DNA of 64,000 nucleotides from the human T2T-CHM13v2.0 reference genome, Homo sapiens. This document shows positions 17,301-41,104 of this stretch, piece by piece. The DNA lies in assembly GCF_009914755.1 (NCBI RefSeq), contig NC_060943.1. The stretch is one strand, 5' to 3'. The position numbers were made by a program, and so were the translations under genes. A model generated the notes under the pieces. That model saw nothing but the letters and a program-made list of their open reading frames with translations. It searched no databases and was not told where the DNA came from. Within the stretch, counting starts at the first letter, position 1. Each line of letters starts with the position of its first letter.

Positions 17301-18610
17301 TCCAGTGTGTTGTAGAACTAGTTCTCTTTGTTTCCTCCTTTTTGATAGCTGCATAGTGTTCTCTCATAAGGATGTACTGTAATTCATCAAAACATTTCTC
17401 CATTGATGGATATTTGTGTGCTTTCCAGGCTTTTGCTATAACTAACATGATGTAGTGGGCACCCATGTACACTGACCATTGCTTACATCTGTGAGCAGCT
17501 TTGCAGTACCAATTCTGAGAAGTGCAGTTGGTGAACTGAAGACCATTTGAGATTGACAATTCAATAGCTCCTACACACACATTTTGAGAATGCCTTCCTC
17601 ACATTCTCCCCTAAAGTGTCTATTATGAAACTTTAAAACATTTGCCAATCTGATAGATGCAACATAATACTTCAATGAACATCACTTTAAGCCTGGGTAA
17701 AGTTGAGCATTGTTTTCACTTACTGACCATGGGTATTTCTTATTCTGTGAAGTGTTTGCACAATTTTTTCCTTCTAGTTTGGGTTTTGTAGTTTTTTTCT
17801 TATTGATTTATAAGCACTGCTCACAGATTAAGAAAACTAGTTCTTTTTTTCTGTTTTGCAAAGTTCTTTTTCAGATTGTCTTTGAATTAATTGTTGGTTT
17901 TCATTCATTTATTTTGGCTTGATTAATTTATTTGCAGTCAAATTCTTTCCTTTATACGTGCCGTTTTTTGTTTTTTTTTATTATTTTTATTATTTTTTTT
18001 TTGAGACAGAGTCTTGCTCTGTCACCCAGGCTGGACAGCAGTGGCACCATCTCAGCTCACTGCAACCTCCGCCTCCCGAGTTCAAGTGATTCTCCTCCTC
18101 AGCCTCTCAAGTAGCTGGGATTACAAGTGTCCACCACTATGCCCAGCTAATTTTTGTATTTTTAGTAGAGATGGGGTTTCACCATGTTGGCCAGGCCTCA
18201 GGTGATCCACCTACCTTGGCCTCCCAGAGTGCTGGGATTACAGGCGTGAGCCACTGCGCCTGGCCATGTTTTTGTTTTTTTAAATCATGCATGGGAAATT
18301 CTTTCATGCTCTAAAATTAAAATGTAAAACTCATGTTTGTTTTCCTCTGATGGGTTTATTTGTTTTTAAAATATTTTATTTATTATTTTAGTTTAAAAAT
18401 ATTTATTACTTTTTTCTCTATGAAGTCTATGATAGTATAAGAATTGTTGTAGGAATGTATTCATTTTCCTCCAAATGGCTAGTTGCCCCAACAGAATTTA
18501 ATGAATATTTTGTATTTGTCTTACGATTTTAAATAACAGCAGATTCACAATAAGTGAAATTTATTTATATATTTGGGTCTGTTTCTTGGGCTTTATTCTG
18601 TTCCACTTAA

Positions 18611-18958
<348 letters not shown>

Positions 18959-20149
18959 TAATTATATAGTCATACATAAGCATCAAGATGTCTTCATCAT
19001 TATACTTTAAATAACACTTTCATATTTGATAAAGGTGATCCTATTTTATTACTTTGCTTTTACAAGTTTTTCTTTTTTTCTTTTCTTTTCTTTTTTTTTT
19101 TTTTGAGATGGAACCTCGCTCTGTCACCCAGGCTGAAGTGCAGTGGTGCAATCTCTGCCTCCTGAGTTCGGCTCACTGCAACCTCTGCCTCCTGAGTTCA
19201 AACTATTCTCCTGCCTCAGCCTCCTGAGTAGTTGGGATTACAGGTGCCCACCACCACGCCCGGCTAATTTTTTTGTATTTTTAGTAGAGACAGGGTTTCA
19301 CCATGTTGGCCAGGCTGGTCTCGATCTCCTGATCTCAGGTGATCTGCCTGCCTCGGCCTCCCAAAGTGCTGGAATTACAGGTGTGAGCCACTGCACCTGG
19401 CCTGAGCACCTCTTCTTATTGTCCCACTTATGCCTAGTGTTCCATTATTGGAATGCTAAGCATGTGGGAGTTATTCATATTCTACTGCTCCAGGTCATTG
19501 CCAAGGTCTGATTTTCAAAATTCAAAAAATTGAAACCTCAGGCATAAATGGGTTAAATCTCTTATAGACCTCAGGGCATCCATGATTTCTTAGATCATAT
19601 TCTTTTCTACTTTTCTCTTGGGTCACCTGTTCTTTCTCTTGTTATTTTGCAGGAATTCCTTGTATTCTAGATATTGTAGAAACCTTTGAATCTCTCATCT
19701 GAATGTTCATTTGGTCCATGGTATCCTGTGTTACACATAATTCCTTAATTTTCATGCATATTTATCCTTTTTCTTTTTGATCTTCTACTTTGTCCTTTTG
19801 AGGTTTTAAGAATTCCCACCCTTAAGTCACAAAAGTGTTTCTTCTGTTATCTTCTCTTAACTTTATAGCTTTATTCATCTCATATAGGAAGAGATTCCAT
19901 CCTGTATATGAAGTAGACAAGGATCTGGTTTTTTTGTTCCCAAATTTCCAATTGTTTGAACATCTTCCTCCAAATCATCTATCAATTGCCCAGGGGTGTG
20001 TGGGCCCCTCTTTACCAGAAGTTGTTAAATTTTCACCTATTCCTGTGCCTGACTGCAAGCTCTCTTCTCTCTTCCTCTGGTCCGTTTTCCTGTTCTTGCA
20101 GCAGTACCAGTCTTTTCTTTTCGTTTCCTTTCTTTCCTTTTCCCTCCTT

Positions 20150-20490
20150 CCCTCCATCTTTCTTTCTTTCTTTCCTTCCTTCTTTCTTTCTTTCTTTCCT
20201 TCTTTCTTTCTTTCTTCCCTCCCTCCTTCTCTCTTTCTTCCCTTCCTCCTTCTCTCTTTCTTCCCTCCCTCCTTCTCTCTTTCTTCCCTCCCTCCTTCTC
20301 TCTTTCTTCCCTCCCTCCTTCTCTCTTTCTTCCCTCCCTCCTTCTCTCTTTCTTCCCTGCCTCCTTCTCTCTTTCTTCCCTCCCTCCTTCTCTCTTTCTT
20401 CCCTCCCTCCTTCTCTCTTTCTCCTTCCTTCTTTCCTTCCTTCCTTCCTTCCTCTCTCTCTCTCTTGCTTTCTTGCTTTCTTTCTTGGTT
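20150..20490. repeat. Polypyrimidine tract with a 23-bp higher-order unit (CCCTCCTTCTCTCTTTCTTCCCT, ~9 copies) at the tail of a minus-strand Alu
   Basis: Periodicity visible at about 20214-20422. Confidence 0.9.
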
Positions 20491-21532
20491 TTGCTGTGTT
20501 CCCAAGCTGGAGTGCAGTGGTGTGATCATGGCTCACTGCAACCTCCACCTCCCAAGATCAAGGGGTCCTCCCACCTCAGCCTCCCGAGTAGCCAGGAGTA
20601 AAGGCACATGCCACCACACCCGGCTAATTTTTTGTATTTTTAGTAGAGACAAGGTCTCACTATGTTGCCCAGGCTCGTTGTGAACTCCTGGGCTCAAGCA
20701 GTCTGCCTGCTTTGGCCTTCCACTGTGTTCGGATTACAGATGTGAGCCACCTTGCCCAGCGCATTTATCACCTTTTTTTTTTTTTTTTTTGACGGAGTCT
20801 CAGCTGGGCTGGTGAGCAGTGGCGTGATCTCGGCTCTCTGCAACCTCTGCCTTCCGGATTCAAGTGATTCTCCTGCCTCAGCCTCCGGAGTAGCTAGGAT
20901 TACAGGCGCCTGCCACCACACCCAGCTATGTTTTTGTATTTTTAGTAGGGACGGGGTTTCACTATGTTGGCCAGGCTGATCTTAACTCCTGACCTCATGG
21001 CTCTCCCGTGGCGGCCTCCCAAAGTGCTGGGATTACAAGCTTGAGCCACCACCCCTGGCCACTTTATCTTTTAGAAAATATTTTATTTCATTTTTATGCT
21101 ATACCTTTGTAATAGATCATAATATCTGGTAAATTGGATTTATCTTCTTCAATCTTTTATTTTAATTTTATCTTAACTTTTTTTTTAAGAGATGGGATCT
21201 CACTTTATAGCCCAGGCTGGAGTGCATTGGCATGATCATAGCTCACTGCAGCCTTGAACTCCTGGGCGCAAGGGATCCTCACACCTCAGCCTCCTGAGTA
21301 GCTGGGACCACAGGCATGCACCACCAGGCCTGGTGGATCTTTTATTCTTAAATTGACCTAGCTTTTGATGAACTTTAATTCTTCCAATTAGAATAAGATG
21401 GTTAAGTTCCTACAAAATAAAATGCTAGATTTTTTATTGAATTGCTTTGAATATGTTGATTAATTTAGAAAGAAATGAGACCTTTATAATATTAAGTCAT
21501 CTCATTCTAGAGTGTTGAGGGGATTTTATTGA

Positions 21533-21703
<171 letters not shown>

Positions 21704-22083
21704 TGAGTAGCTGGGATTACAGGTGCATGCCACCATACCCGGTTAATTTTTGTATTGTTAATAGAGACGGAGTTTTGCTATGTTGGCCAGGGTGGTCTTG
21801 AACTCTTGACCTCAAGTAATCAACCCGCCTCAGCTTTCCAAAGTGCTAGAATTACAGGCATAAGCCACAGCACCTGGCCTCAGTATATATTTTAAAACAT
21901 TTTTTAATGCAAATAGGTTAACACTTTTAAGGAGACCCTCTATATGTTGTGTTTTGCTTAGAAATGCTTCTAAAAATACCATATCAAGTTTTCTAATACT
22001 TTTGCGACTTTGGTTTTCTCATGCTTAAATCCTTGATTCTTCTGGAATTCATTTTGTTATTGGATTTAGGGTCAGAGGGAGGT

Positions 22084-22345
22084 TGGAATTGCCTTTGCAA
22101 AAATTATAACTGAGGACATAATGACAGTGAAAGAGAACAGACCTAATCGACTCCATCTTGCTTGTAACCTTCAAGCTGTCTTTGTTCATTCCTGGGCATA
22201 GGCTGAACTAACTTTGGGAAGGAATTCAGTTCTTGGTTTGAGTCTGAAACCAAATTGATAATAGCCCTTTCCTGAAAACACCCCCTGTCTTGATAAATCG
22301 GCTCTTTCTAGGCAGCAGGCAAGGTGAATTCACTGGGCGGTTACA
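22084..22345 (+). mobile_element. Internally deleted ERV1 solo LTR (LTR8-like)
   Basis: Starts ...GCCTTTGCAAAAATTATAACTGAGG, contains GACTCCATCTTGC, ends GGGCGGTTACA; 75 bp upstream of a pseudogene exon. Confidence 0.7.
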
Positions 22346-22838
22346 AGTTGGTGTGAGGGTCTCTCTGGACTGCAGGAGGGCTGTGTTTGCCCCCTGGATA
22401 ATTGTTGGGTGTTACCTTAGGGATGACCTGGCCCAGTTGCCCTTCCTGACCATGTGCCTGAAGGAGAGCCTGCGGCTGCATTCCCCAGTCTCCAGGATCC
22501 ACCGCTGCTGCCCCCAGGACGGGGTGCTCCCGGATGGCCGGGTCATCCCCAAAGGTGCCCACAGTTGGGCAGGCGGGGAGGGCTTTGGGCAGGGTGGAGG
22601 TCCCATCGTGTAGTGGAGTCCTTGTCCTGACTGCACCTCCTCCCCGACAGGGAACACTTGCACCATCAGCATCTTTGGGATCCATCACAACCCTTCAGTC
22701 TGGCCGGACCCGGAGGTGCTACCCCTTCCCCCTTCTCCATCCCGGGGCCTGGTCAGGGGAGGGGTCTTTTCCCAGGGAAGCAGATACTCCCTCTCTACTC
22801 CACCCACATGTGTACTTTTTTTTTGTTTTGTTTTTTGA

Positions 22839-22997
<159 letters not shown>

Positions 22998-23899
22998 TAG
23001 CAGAGACGGGGTTTCTCCATGTTGGTCAGGTTGATCTCGAACTCCCAACCTCAGGAGTTTCGCCCCTCAGCCTCCCAAAGTGCTGGGATTACAGGCATGA
23101 GTCACCGTGCCCGGCTTCACATCTGTCTTATATGCGGGTGGCTGGGTGTCCTGAGAGACCCCCACCCAACAGCCCTAACTTGCCCACCCACCAGGTCTAT
23201 GACCCCTTTCGCTTCGACCCAGAAAATCTCCAGAAGACATCACCTCTGGCTTTTATTCCCTTCTCAGCAGTGCCCAGGTGAGGCTAAGGGGCTTCTGAGG
23301 CGGGCATGGGGTGAGGGTGCCACAGGTGGAGGCAAGGTCTGACTTGTGGGGCCACGTGTTTCAGGGAGTCGAGGGTTTTAATAAGATCCCAGGAAAAGGG
23401 GGTGTGTGTTCTCAGACTTCCCCACTCCTACGTCTGCTGGTCTGGGGGCTGGAGTCTAAGCCAGGCTCGGAGGATATGCAAGCCCACATGGGGGTCCCAG
23501 GCACAGAGTCCCTCTCTCTGCCCCTCAATCGGATCTGGGTGGGGTTGGGAGTCCCAGACGAGGTTCCCGGCGCGATGGGGCCGGGATGGGGGTCCTGGGC
23601 ACAGTCAGAGTCCCCACCCCCTCCCCCGGGAACTGCATCGGCCAGACGTTCGCCATGGCTGAGATGAAGGTGGTCCTGGCGCTCACTCTGCTGCGCTTCC
23701 GCGTCCTGCCGGACCACGCGGAGCCCCGCAGGAAGTTGGAGCTGATCGTGCGCGCGGAGGATGGACTTTGGCTACGGGTGGAGCCCCTGAGCGCGGATCT
23801 GCAGTGACCCACCACTGTCAGGTCTCAGAGCCACCCGCGCCCTCCTCAGGCACCTTTGCAGATTCCGGGGAATCAATCTGTGCCTGAGTCCCACAGACA

Positions 23900-23916
23900 G
23901 CCAGCAGGGGGCGTCG
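23900..23916 (+). promoter_or_regulatory. Candidate CTCF binding site
   Basis: CCAGCAGGGGGCG at 23901-23913 matches the CTCF core CCASYAGRKGGCR; CpG-rich context. Motif evidence only. Confidence 0.55.
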
Positions 23917-24629
23917 GAGAACTGCAGGGATCCAGGGCCTGGCGAGGGGAAGGCGGAGTATTTCTGAGCCAAGACCCTGACAGCCTCTCTGGTTGAGCAC
24001 AGTGGCCCCGTGCTGAGGGCGGGTTGTCCCAGAGCGCAGGTGGGGACAGTATCCTGTGGGCGATAGGGAGCCATGGCGGGTGTTTGAGCAGGAGAGGGAC
24101 CAGGGTTGAGGAGGCACCTATGGGGCAGGTTTGAGGCTCTGAGTCACTGAGGAAAACCAGAGCGGCACTACATCCCCGCCCCTCGATCTCAATTCTCATC
24201 TCCTAATACATCCAGTTGTTTTTTTTCCTCTCACCTCAGGGTTCTTCACCGTTTTCATTGTTCTTAAACGACTGCACTTATTAAACAATAATAAGCCTGG
24301 TTGTTTTACAGTGTGTCTGATCATTGAAAGTACCTGTATCTATTACAATGACTGTCATTTTTGTCATGGGGTCAGTGTTTCGGTTATCTTTGCCTGGTAT
24401 TGGCTGCCATATTTGCATATTAGAAATAATATTCGTAGGATTTAAAGAAGGCAGCGTTCTCTCTCTCTTTTTTTTTTTTCTGAAACAGAGTCTTGCTCTG
24501 TCACCCAGGCTGGAGTGCAGTGGCAAGATCTCGGTTCACTGCAACCTCTGCTCCTGGGTTCAAGCGATTCTCCTGCCTCAGCCTCCCAAGTAGCTGGGAC
24601 TACAGGTGACTGCCGCCACCCCCGGCTAA

Positions 24630-24981
<352 letters not shown>

Positions 24982-25334
24982 TGAGGTTTATGTTCATGAC
25001 CCTCTAGGCTTGTGGTGACCAAGGTCACCCAGGAGGTTTAAATTTAAGCTGAAATCACACTTGCAAGCTGTTTTGCTTTATTTTTTTCTCACTCTGAGAG
25101 ATGTAGCCCTTTGAGGTCTCCACATATGCAAGGAGGGGATTTTTACCATTTTCCCTCCTTGTATCACACCTAGGCTTAGAATTTTTTTTTTCCTGCAATC
25201 ACAAAACCGTTAAAAGAGTTTCAAATTTTCCTGATTTGAGAAATGCCTTCAGAGAGAAGGTATAGTTTATATTCACTTTATCTCTAGGTTTCTGTTATTA
25301 TTTGAATCATGTTTTTGTGATTTTTCACTCTTCT

Positions 25335-26001
<667 letters not shown>

Positions 26002-26458
26002 TGAGTAGCTGGGATTCCAGGCTCCTGCCACCATGCCTGGCTAATTTTTGTATTTTTAGTAGAGATGGGGTTTCACCATGTTGGCCAGGCTGGTCTCGAA
26101 CTCCTGACCTGAAGTGATCCGCCCACCCCAGCCTCCCAAAGTGCTGGGGCTACAGGCGTGAGCCACCACACCCAGCTGCATCCAGCTTTTTAAAAATGCT
26201 GGAATTTTGATCCAAATAACTTAGTTTGCTATTAATGGAAGCAACAAGTGTAAAACAGAATGTTAAATTGTCATGATCCAGTGATTGCTCCACTCTGGGA
26301 TGCGTTAGAACTGATAATTGCTATTAAATTTATAGATTTCCACACCACACAAGCCCACATCAAAATGTGAAGCAGAGTACCGCACATCAAGGCCGAGTGC
26401 AGTGGCTCATTCCTGTAATCCCAGCACTTTGGGAGGCCGAGGTGGGTGGATCACTTCA

Positions 26459-26665
<207 letters not shown>

Positions 26666-26919
26666 CTATCTCAAAAAAAAAAAAATTAAAAAAAGAACTG
26701 CACATCACCCAGAAATCCTGGACTTTGAGCTGGCTGGAGGGAGCAGATGGAATTTGGATTTGATTTGGCCTCTTGATTGATCTCTGTTTTCAGAACAGAC
26801 CCCACGGTCACGTTCCAGCTCCTCTCACTCTGCTAATGTCTTTCATTACTGCCACCATCTGACTTGCACTTATGCAACCCAACTCTTCCCCTTCTGGAGC
26901 CACCTTCCTCTTGCTCCCT

Positions 26920-28202
<1,283 letters not shown>

Positions 28203-28491
28203 TAGAGATGGGGTTTCACCGTGTTAACCAGGATAGTCTCGGTCTCCTAACCTCGTGATCTAGCAGCCTCGGCCTCCCAAAGTGCTGGGATTACAGGCGT
28301 GAGCCACCGCGGCCGGCCAGTCAAAGGTTTCTTTTCCCACTCCACCTAGGCTTTCAGCTTCCTCTAAGGGGAGTGATGGTTTATGAAAGAGAGAGTGAGT
28401 GGGGAGGCAGAGGGCCAGTGGGCCTCTAGGATTCTGCTACACCTGTGTATGTAATTCTAGAAACATTCTCAGGGCTGTGCGCAGTGGCTCA

Positions 28492-28749
<258 letters not shown>

Positions 28750-28949
28750 CTAAAAAAAATAAAAATAAAAATAAATAACAACAACGACAACAACAACAAC
28801 AGCAACAACAAAACGTACTCAGGCCTGCTCAGGCCTGGTCTTGTCATCGGTTGCTGTGGGGCCTCCTTCCTCTCTTGAATGTGAAGGAGGCACCACTGGA
28901 CAGTTTGGGGAGAACAGACTCCCAGGTGTCTGGATTATTAGTTTGTCTC

Positions 28950-29190
28950 TGTGTTTGTTTGTGTGTGTGTGACAGAGAGAGAGAGAGAGAGAGGATGTGT
29001 GTGGGTGTGCGATTGTAGGTGTGTGTGTGACTGTATCTGTGGGACTGCATTCACAGCGTGTGCAAGTGTGTTTGTGAGTGTATGTAATTGTGTGATGGGT
29101 GGCTGTGATCACATATGCATATGTCTGTATTACACCCTGTGTTGGCGACTGAGTGTCTGAGTGTGGTATGCATGTGTGAGTGTGTGTATG
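28950..29190. repeat. Degenerate (TG)n/(GA)n microsatellite
   Basis: Visible dinucleotide runs. Confidence 0.85.
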
Positions 29191-29270
29191 TTGTTGTCAC
29201 TGAGCCACTGTAGCTGTCTACACCAGGCTGTGTTCCTATTCATGACTGGAGCCACTATCACAGCCACTGT

Positions 29271-29470
29271 CCTTGACCCCAGGCCTGACCCTTGCAGTGC
29301 AGGCAGCACATTCTCATGCCCTTGACCCCACATCTGACCCTTGCAATGCAGGCAACACATTCTCATGCCCTTGACCTTACATCTGGCCCTTGCAGTGCAG
29401 GCAGCACATTTTCATGCCCTTGATCCCATGTCTGACCCTTGCAGTGCAGGCAGCACATTCTCATGTCCTT
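29271..29470 (+). repeat. 49-bp tandem repeat, 4 copies, at the start of an LTR16-like ERVL LTR that extends to ~29809
   Basis: Unit CTTGACCCCACATCTGACCCTTGCAGTGCAGGCAGCACATTCTCATGCC; the LTR ends with AATAAA...ACCCAAACTAAGACA. Confidence 0.8.
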
Positions 29471-31799
29471 GGAAGCAGCCCTCAACAATGGGTGGTGAGT
29501 ATTGGTGGGTAAATGCCCCAGCTCCTTTTCCCTGAGTGGGATGACTCTGAGGTGCATGTTCTATGCTGTCTCCCAGAGGTGCCATGGAGGGCTGAGCCTT
29601 GGCTGCCCATGGTGGAAACTATTTTAAATAAGTTCCTTTTAATTGCTACATTTCCTTTCCTGTCTCAGTTTTCAGCTGTCCTACTGGTGTTTCCTGGACT
29701 TACCTCCCAAACAAACAACTGGCAGTTGAAATTTGGTCACCTCTAAATAAATTATTTGCACTTGAATCCTTGCATCAGGGTCTACTTCCAGGAAACCCAA
29801 ACTAAGACAAGCATGTCTGCTGGCTTCTCCCATCTCAATAGGCTTATCACTGTGTCCTTTGTACTGAAGAGGAACATGAGATTCAGAGAAGACAAGTCAC
29901 TTGCCCAAAGTCACACAGCTGATTAGTGGCAGGTCCAGGTTTGACCATGGGCCACCTAATCCCAAGCTTGGTGCTTGCTCCTCTCCTGAGAGACTCCACC
30001 CTACTAAAGGCCAGCGGAAACAACATAGGAAGTTCGAAGCCATCAAGGGCTTTGCTGCATGTGCCAGAGGGAACCAAGGCTCATAGCTGGTGTCTGTGTC
30101 CTTGTCCTGTCATTAGAGTAATAATGGCATGCACATGCTTGTGGCTGATTATGTGCCAGGGAATGTTGTTGTAAGCACTTTACTCTTTTAAACTCACTTA
30201 ATTTTCACAACAACCTTGCTATGACTCCTGGTTTTCAGGCAAGAAAACTGAGGCACAGAGAAATAAAGAGACTGGCCCAAATTCACACAGCTGGTTGAGA
30301 GTTGAACGAAGCAGCCTGCACCTGGAGTCCCTGTTCTTCACCACGACACTCTCTGGCTTCTCACAAGTCATATAGATGGAGTTCTACTAAATGTCAGGCA
30401 CGATGCTAAGCAATTTCTTTTTTGTTTTTGTTTTTGAGACAGTGTCTCGCTCTGTCACCTAGGCTGGAGTGCAGTGGTGCAATCTTGGCTTACTGCATCC
30501 TCCGCTTCCTGTGTTCAAGTGATACTCCTGCCTCTGCCTCCCAAGTAGTGGTGATTACGGGCATGCTCCACCACCCCCGGTGAAGTTTTGTATTTTTAGT
30601 AGAGATGGGGTTTCACCATGTTGGCCAGGCTGGTCTCGAACTCCTGACCTCAGGTCATCCATCTGCCTCGGCCTCCCAAAGTGCTGGGATTACAGGCGTG
30701 AGCCACCGTACCCGACCAGCAATTTCTTTTAAAATATAATTTGTAATTATATATATTAGTAATTATAATTAAACATGCTGTACAACCTCATATAATAAAA
30801 GGAAACAATTGCTAAGTGTAAGCATTGAGAACAAGAATTCTCCCTTCAACCCCCTGCTCCCATTCCGACAGCTGGGAGAATGCTTATGATGTGCTTATGT
30901 AAACTTCAGCACCCACATAACTGGTGTGTTGAGAGGTCCCATCTTTTTGGGGAACGTAACACTCGGGTCCTGGCAGGGAACCCACAGGGGCTAAAGGAGG
31001 GGGTTTAAGGAGGAGCCGTTTGCAAAGGTGTGGGCAGGGCCAAGGGGAACCATGAGGGATGGTGCAGCACCCTGGAGGTTACCATCCACCGAGAGCTGTC
31101 ACCACTCCCAGGCTGGTGGTGCCAGGAAACAGCTGCTCCTGGAACCAAGATCTGTGGCTGAAAGAGGAGGGCAGAGGACAGACCTCATTCTGCTCTCCCC
31201 ACTGATCATCAGTGGATCTCCCATTGACCAAACTGCCATCTGCTTATATGACTGGAGAGGCTGCAGGCAGGTGTCCAAAGCCTCCTGTTGTGGTTCATTC
31301 CTGACAACGGGTCAGTGCTGGTCCCCCCGATCCCACAGACTGAGATCCACTCAGCTTCTCTGCCTTGGGTGGCCCCCTTGTTCACTGACTAGGCAGGCAC
31401 TTGAATGAGGAACAATATTCTGTCTCTCCCTGTACTCTCCTCTTTTCCCTGTCACAGGGAGGGTCTCTGTTGTTCATGTCCTGAGTCCCTCCATCTAGGG
31501 CTGGTGGCTGGTGTTACAGGACCACCAGGTTCATATCCCTGCTGTGCAATAACAGAAAATACACTGAGACAGAAGTGTTTGCAGCAGAGAAAAAGTTTAA
31601 TGATCACAGGGTGGCCGAGCTGGGAGATGGAAGGAACTCTCAAATACATCTCCCCCAGGAGTTCTGGGCTGGAGTTTTTAAGGACTCCATGGAGGATGAG
31701 GGATTAGAAAATGGGGGTCACTGATTGGTTGAAGAAAGGAGGATGAAATCATCAAGATGTGGAAACTTCCTTCTTTGGTGAGTGAGCCCCTCATGGGGG

Positions 31800-34403
<2,604 letters not shown>

Positions 34404-34928
34404 TTATTTTTCATTCAGGGACAGGAGGTAAACCACGAATCATAAGATCTTCCTGGGACGGTTACTTTGGAAGCCTGCCAAAGGTGACTTGTAGATTATT
34501 AGTTCTTTGGATAGAGAATCTTTTCAAGGAAGCAGTGATGACCAATCTCTGTTCAGGTTAGAGTAACAGGGGTTATTTATCTTTCGCCATTGGGAAGGCT
34601 CATTTGTAAGAAGTCATGTCTTTCCAGGCTGAGGAGATAAATAATTTTGTTATTGCAGGCAGGTGAAATTGTTAGTGACATGGGGCAGGTCATGACTTGA
34701 GGCTCTGTGTTTTCTTTTGAATTGCGAGTCATATCTAGTTGTTGGGCAACCATTATTTTGGTGTTAGCTGTTGATGAATAGTTTTAAAATTCTAGAGAAT
34801 TTAGGTAGAGAGAAAGGTAAATGTTTTAATTTTGTTTATAAAATTGTGTTTTATCCATTTGTTGTAAGACATACATAGTTTAAAAGAAAAAAATTTTTTT
34901 ATTTTGGAAAACAATATAAAAATAATTA

Positions 34929-38577
<3,649 letters not shown>

Positions 38578-39089
38578 AGAAGGTCATATAAATCATTTTA
38601 GTCTTTTATCATTTCGGTCTCCTATAATTTTTGTTGTGTTTGTTGTTGTGTTTGTTGTTGTGTTTGATGCATAATCTTTATGCATAAGTTTTTATTGGAG
38701 TTTTGAACGTTTTTATTTAGTCTATAGATCATTAAATTATTAGAAATCTATGTTGTAGAGTCTTTTATAAGAAAAGTAATTTTGGACTGGGTGCAGTGAC
38801 TCATGCCTGTAATCCCAGCACTTTGGGAGGCCAAGGCGGATGGATCAATTCAGGCCAGGAGTTCCAGACCAGCCTGGCCAACATGGTGAAACCCCGTCTC
38901 TACTAAAAATATAAAAATTAGCCGGGGGTGGTGGTGTGCACCTGTAGTCCGAGCTACTAGGGAGGCTGAGGCAGGAGAATCACTTGAACCTGGGGGGTGG
39001 AGGTTGCAGTGATCATGCCACTGTACTCCAGCCTGGGAAACAGAATGAGACTCTGTCTCAAAAAAAAAAAAAAAAGTAATTTTATACTA

Positions 39090-39455
<366 letters not shown>

Positions 39456-39878
39456 TCAGAATCATCAGACTTTTATAAATTTTATATAATCTTTAGGATA
39501 TTTATATTTATAACATTTATATAAATCTAATTTTAGAAAGGATTAACATAATTAAAATTATGACTGCAAATATATTAGATATTTATAAATTTAAATAATT
39601 TTTGGAACATTTATATCAATAACATATTTATAAACATGACTGAAGGATCTAGTATTATTTATCATTTGACAACATTTTTAATATAATTTTTCAAATCTAA
39701 TTATTTAATCTATAAAGACTTATTTTAGGATTTTGATCTTGGAGAAACCTGTAAAAGATATAAAAAGATCTAAACACCTTGTCAAATTAGAATCATAGGC
39801 CAGGCATGGGGGCTCACATCTGCAATACCAGCACTTTAGGAGGCCAAGGCGGGTGGGTCGTTTGAGCTGAGGAGTTTA

Positions 39879-40154
<276 letters not shown>

Positions 40155-40645
40155 TTAACTAGAGTGATGATCAAAAGACTTTACAAGCAATAGAGAAAAT
40201 TATATGGACGTGAAAATCTTAACTGTTTTATTTTATTAATTTATTTTTGAGACAGGGTTTTGTTCTGTCACCCAGGCTGGAGTGCAGTGGTGCGACCATA
40301 GCTCACTGTAGCCTTGACCTTCTGGGCTCAATCTATCCCACTGCTTCAGCTTCCTGAGTAGCTGGGACTACAGATTTACTTCCCCACACCCAGCTTTTTT
40401 TTGTTTGTTTTGGAGAGACGGGGTTTCCCTATGTTGCCCAGGCTAATCTTGAACTCTTGAGCTCAAGCAATCCACCTGCCTCGGCCTCCCAGGGTGCTAG
40501 GATTATAGGCGTGAGGCACCAGGCCTGTCCTAACTCTTTTGCAGCTTAGTCTTAGTAAGTAATTAAAAATCTGATAAAGATAACACAGAAATTATTTCAA
40601 TAACATGTAAACTTTTTGTTTTTAAGGCCAATGACCAAAATGTAA

Positions 40646-40882
<237 letters not shown>

Positions 40883-41104
40883 TAGTCTGGAACTCCCGAC
40901 CTCAGATGATCCACCCACCTTGGCCTCCCAAAGTGCTGGAATTACAGGTGTGAGCCACTGCGCCTGGCCTGAATTTTTATTTTTAGTAACCTTAAATTTT
41001 AGTGGAAACTTAGAAAGTAAGATCTTGAGTTGTCTGTCACAAATTAGTATGTTAAAGAGATGAGCTACTTTATAATGTTTAGAAACATGTTTTTTTATAA
41101 TATA

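Noticed and set aside
19835-20683. 282-aa, 189-aa, 184-aa and 171-aa ORFs
   Set aside because: They run through a stop-free C/T repeat and an Alu; low-complexity translation, not genes.
24280-24285. ATTAAA as the pseudogene poly(A) signal
   Set aside because: Position and downstream GT-rich tract are plausible, but it cannot be supported without transcript data.
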